Made by a program: the position numbers and the translations under genes. From contig CAXXLZ010000002.1 in assembly GCA_963675595.2 (NCBI GenBank), positions 4,640,001 to 4,704,000 on the forward strand: DNA of 64,000 nucleotides, given 5' to 3'. Positions 63,147 through 64,000 of this stretch are shown piece by piece. Within the stretch, counting starts at the first letter, position 1. Every line of letters begins with the position of its first letter. The DNA comes from Thermodesulfobacteriota bacterium. Its GTDB lineage: Bacteria; Desulfobacterota; Desulfarculia; JACQYL01. The notes beneath the pieces were generated by a model. The model was not told where the DNA came from. It was given only the letters and a program-made list of their open reading frames with translations, and did not search any database.

Positions 63147-63683
63147 TCATTGCGAAGCCAACAAAAACTTGCCGGTCCCCCGGGTCTGCATCCAAGGGAT
63201 GTTGAGCACCCCCGGTTCGGCATAAGTTTTTAATCCGGGACCTCCGTCTTCACCGATCCACACGGACTCTCTCCTGGAGAGGACCAGGCACACTTTGAAC
63301 CGCTTTGTCCGCGCAAAGTCACGGGCATATTGGATGGCATCCTCTTCCGTGGTCACGGACTCGGGCAAAGACCGCTCCTGGTAGACTGCGGGCATAAGCC
63401 TGACGATCAACACCATGGGAACCGGCTCGTCGACCCAGGCCTCCCAACCGGCCCGGTCTTTTCGTTGCGCGCCCAGAACTTCATCGGTGTCGATCTCAAG
63501 CCCTTCGATCAGCTTGGCAACCAGTTCCTCGGACGCTACGCCTTCCCGCTCAAAACGAAAGATCCGAGTGGAGCCTTTGGATCGATTCTTATATCCGATC
63601 CTTTCCGCCAATTCGGCGGAACGAAGGCCGGCGGCTTCACGCTTTTCTCTCAACAGGCTGCGGAGATGTTTGTTGGTTCCCAT
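63147..63683 (-). CDS. XRE-family HTH protein with unknown C-terminal domain
   Basis: LREKREAAGL..ELAERIG..RIFRFEREG. Confidence 0.75.
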   Translation of the reverse strand: MGTNKHLRSLLREKREAAGLRSAELAERIGYKNRSKGSTRIFRFEREGVASEELVAKLIEGLEIDTDEVLGAQRKDRAGWEAWVDEPVPMVLIVRLMPAVYQERSLPESVTTEEDAIQYARDFARTKRFKVCLVLSRRESVWIGEDGGPGLKTYAEPGVLNIPWMQTRGTGKFLLASQ

Positions 63684-63865
63684 TTGACTTCCCGCGAATA
63701 TCGAAAAAGGAACGGTTAAGTTGCAAAATTCTGATTATTTTATTGAAGATACGGCAAAGACATCCTTATCCCAGGAGAATGACTATCCTGAATATGAAGG
63801 CCCGCAGGCGTTCAAGCCGTTTCTCAATGCCTTCCGGCCCACGGCTCGAAAGCCGTTCAAGATCA

Positions 63866-63975
63866 ATTCAATTCATTTCGAAGACCACATGAATTTGCCG
63901 GAACCCCATTTCAGCATAAGTTCTTAATCCGGGCCCCGTCTTCACCGTTCCAGATGGAGGCTCTCTTGAAAGCTA
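63866..63975 (-). pseudogene. Degenerate duplicate of the 3' end of the XRE gene
   Basis: Nucleotide similarity to 63143-63280 (KRASIWNGEDG vs RRESVWIGEDG) with frameshifts and an internal deletion. Confidence 0.6.
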
Positions 63976-64000
63976 TTCGGCGATTATACGCCTGCAGCTT

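Larger units (their letters stand above)
32978..64000. mobile_element. Integrated genomic/defence island at tRNA-Asn; right boundary outside the window
   Basis: Integrase abutting the tRNA 3' end, switch from housekeeping to replication and defence genes, uniform minus-strand orientation, patches of low GC. Confidence 0.85.

Noticed and set aside
32978-64000. Second att copy (tRNA 3' duplicate)
   Set aside because: Not seen in the window, so the right boundary cannot be set
1-64000. CRISPR array, rRNA, IS transposase, phage structural genes
   Set aside because: No regularly spaced repeats or matching motifs observed

Overview
GC-rich bacterial chromosomal segment whose gene content resembles an anaerobic deltaproteobacterium (Desulfobacterota-like; this is inference). 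Positions 1-32.9 kb are core/metabolic DNA: a CHASE2 hybrid kinase, a GAF-GGDEF protein, ptsP, murJ, aspS, a xanthine-dehydrogenase-family molybdoenzyme operon, an HtrA protease, a PAS-sigma54 activator, cbiMNQO, and a corrinoid methyltransferase cluster with a CsoR-like regulator. From tRNA-Asn(GTT) at 32902-32977 to the window end lies a >31 kb integrated island with all genes on the minus strand. It carries a large serine recombinase whose stop codon lies inside the tRNA, and a replication-like module (putative SSB, SF2-like helicase-HTH, family A DNA polymerase, candidate origin palindrome, no recognisable primase). It also carries a ~14 kb tightly coupled defence operon (type I R-M, DUF3696-type ATPase plus putative nuclease, GmrSD-like and PLD-like proteins, and a two-gene pair) preceded by a consensus sigma54 promoter 2 nt after a CARF/RtcR-like activator gene. 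McrBC, a PD-(D/E)xK protein, an XRE regulator and two gene remnants follow. The best candidates for an undescribed system are the PolA-encoding integrative defence element and its signal-inducible sigma54 control. All calls come from motif reading only; no searches were run.
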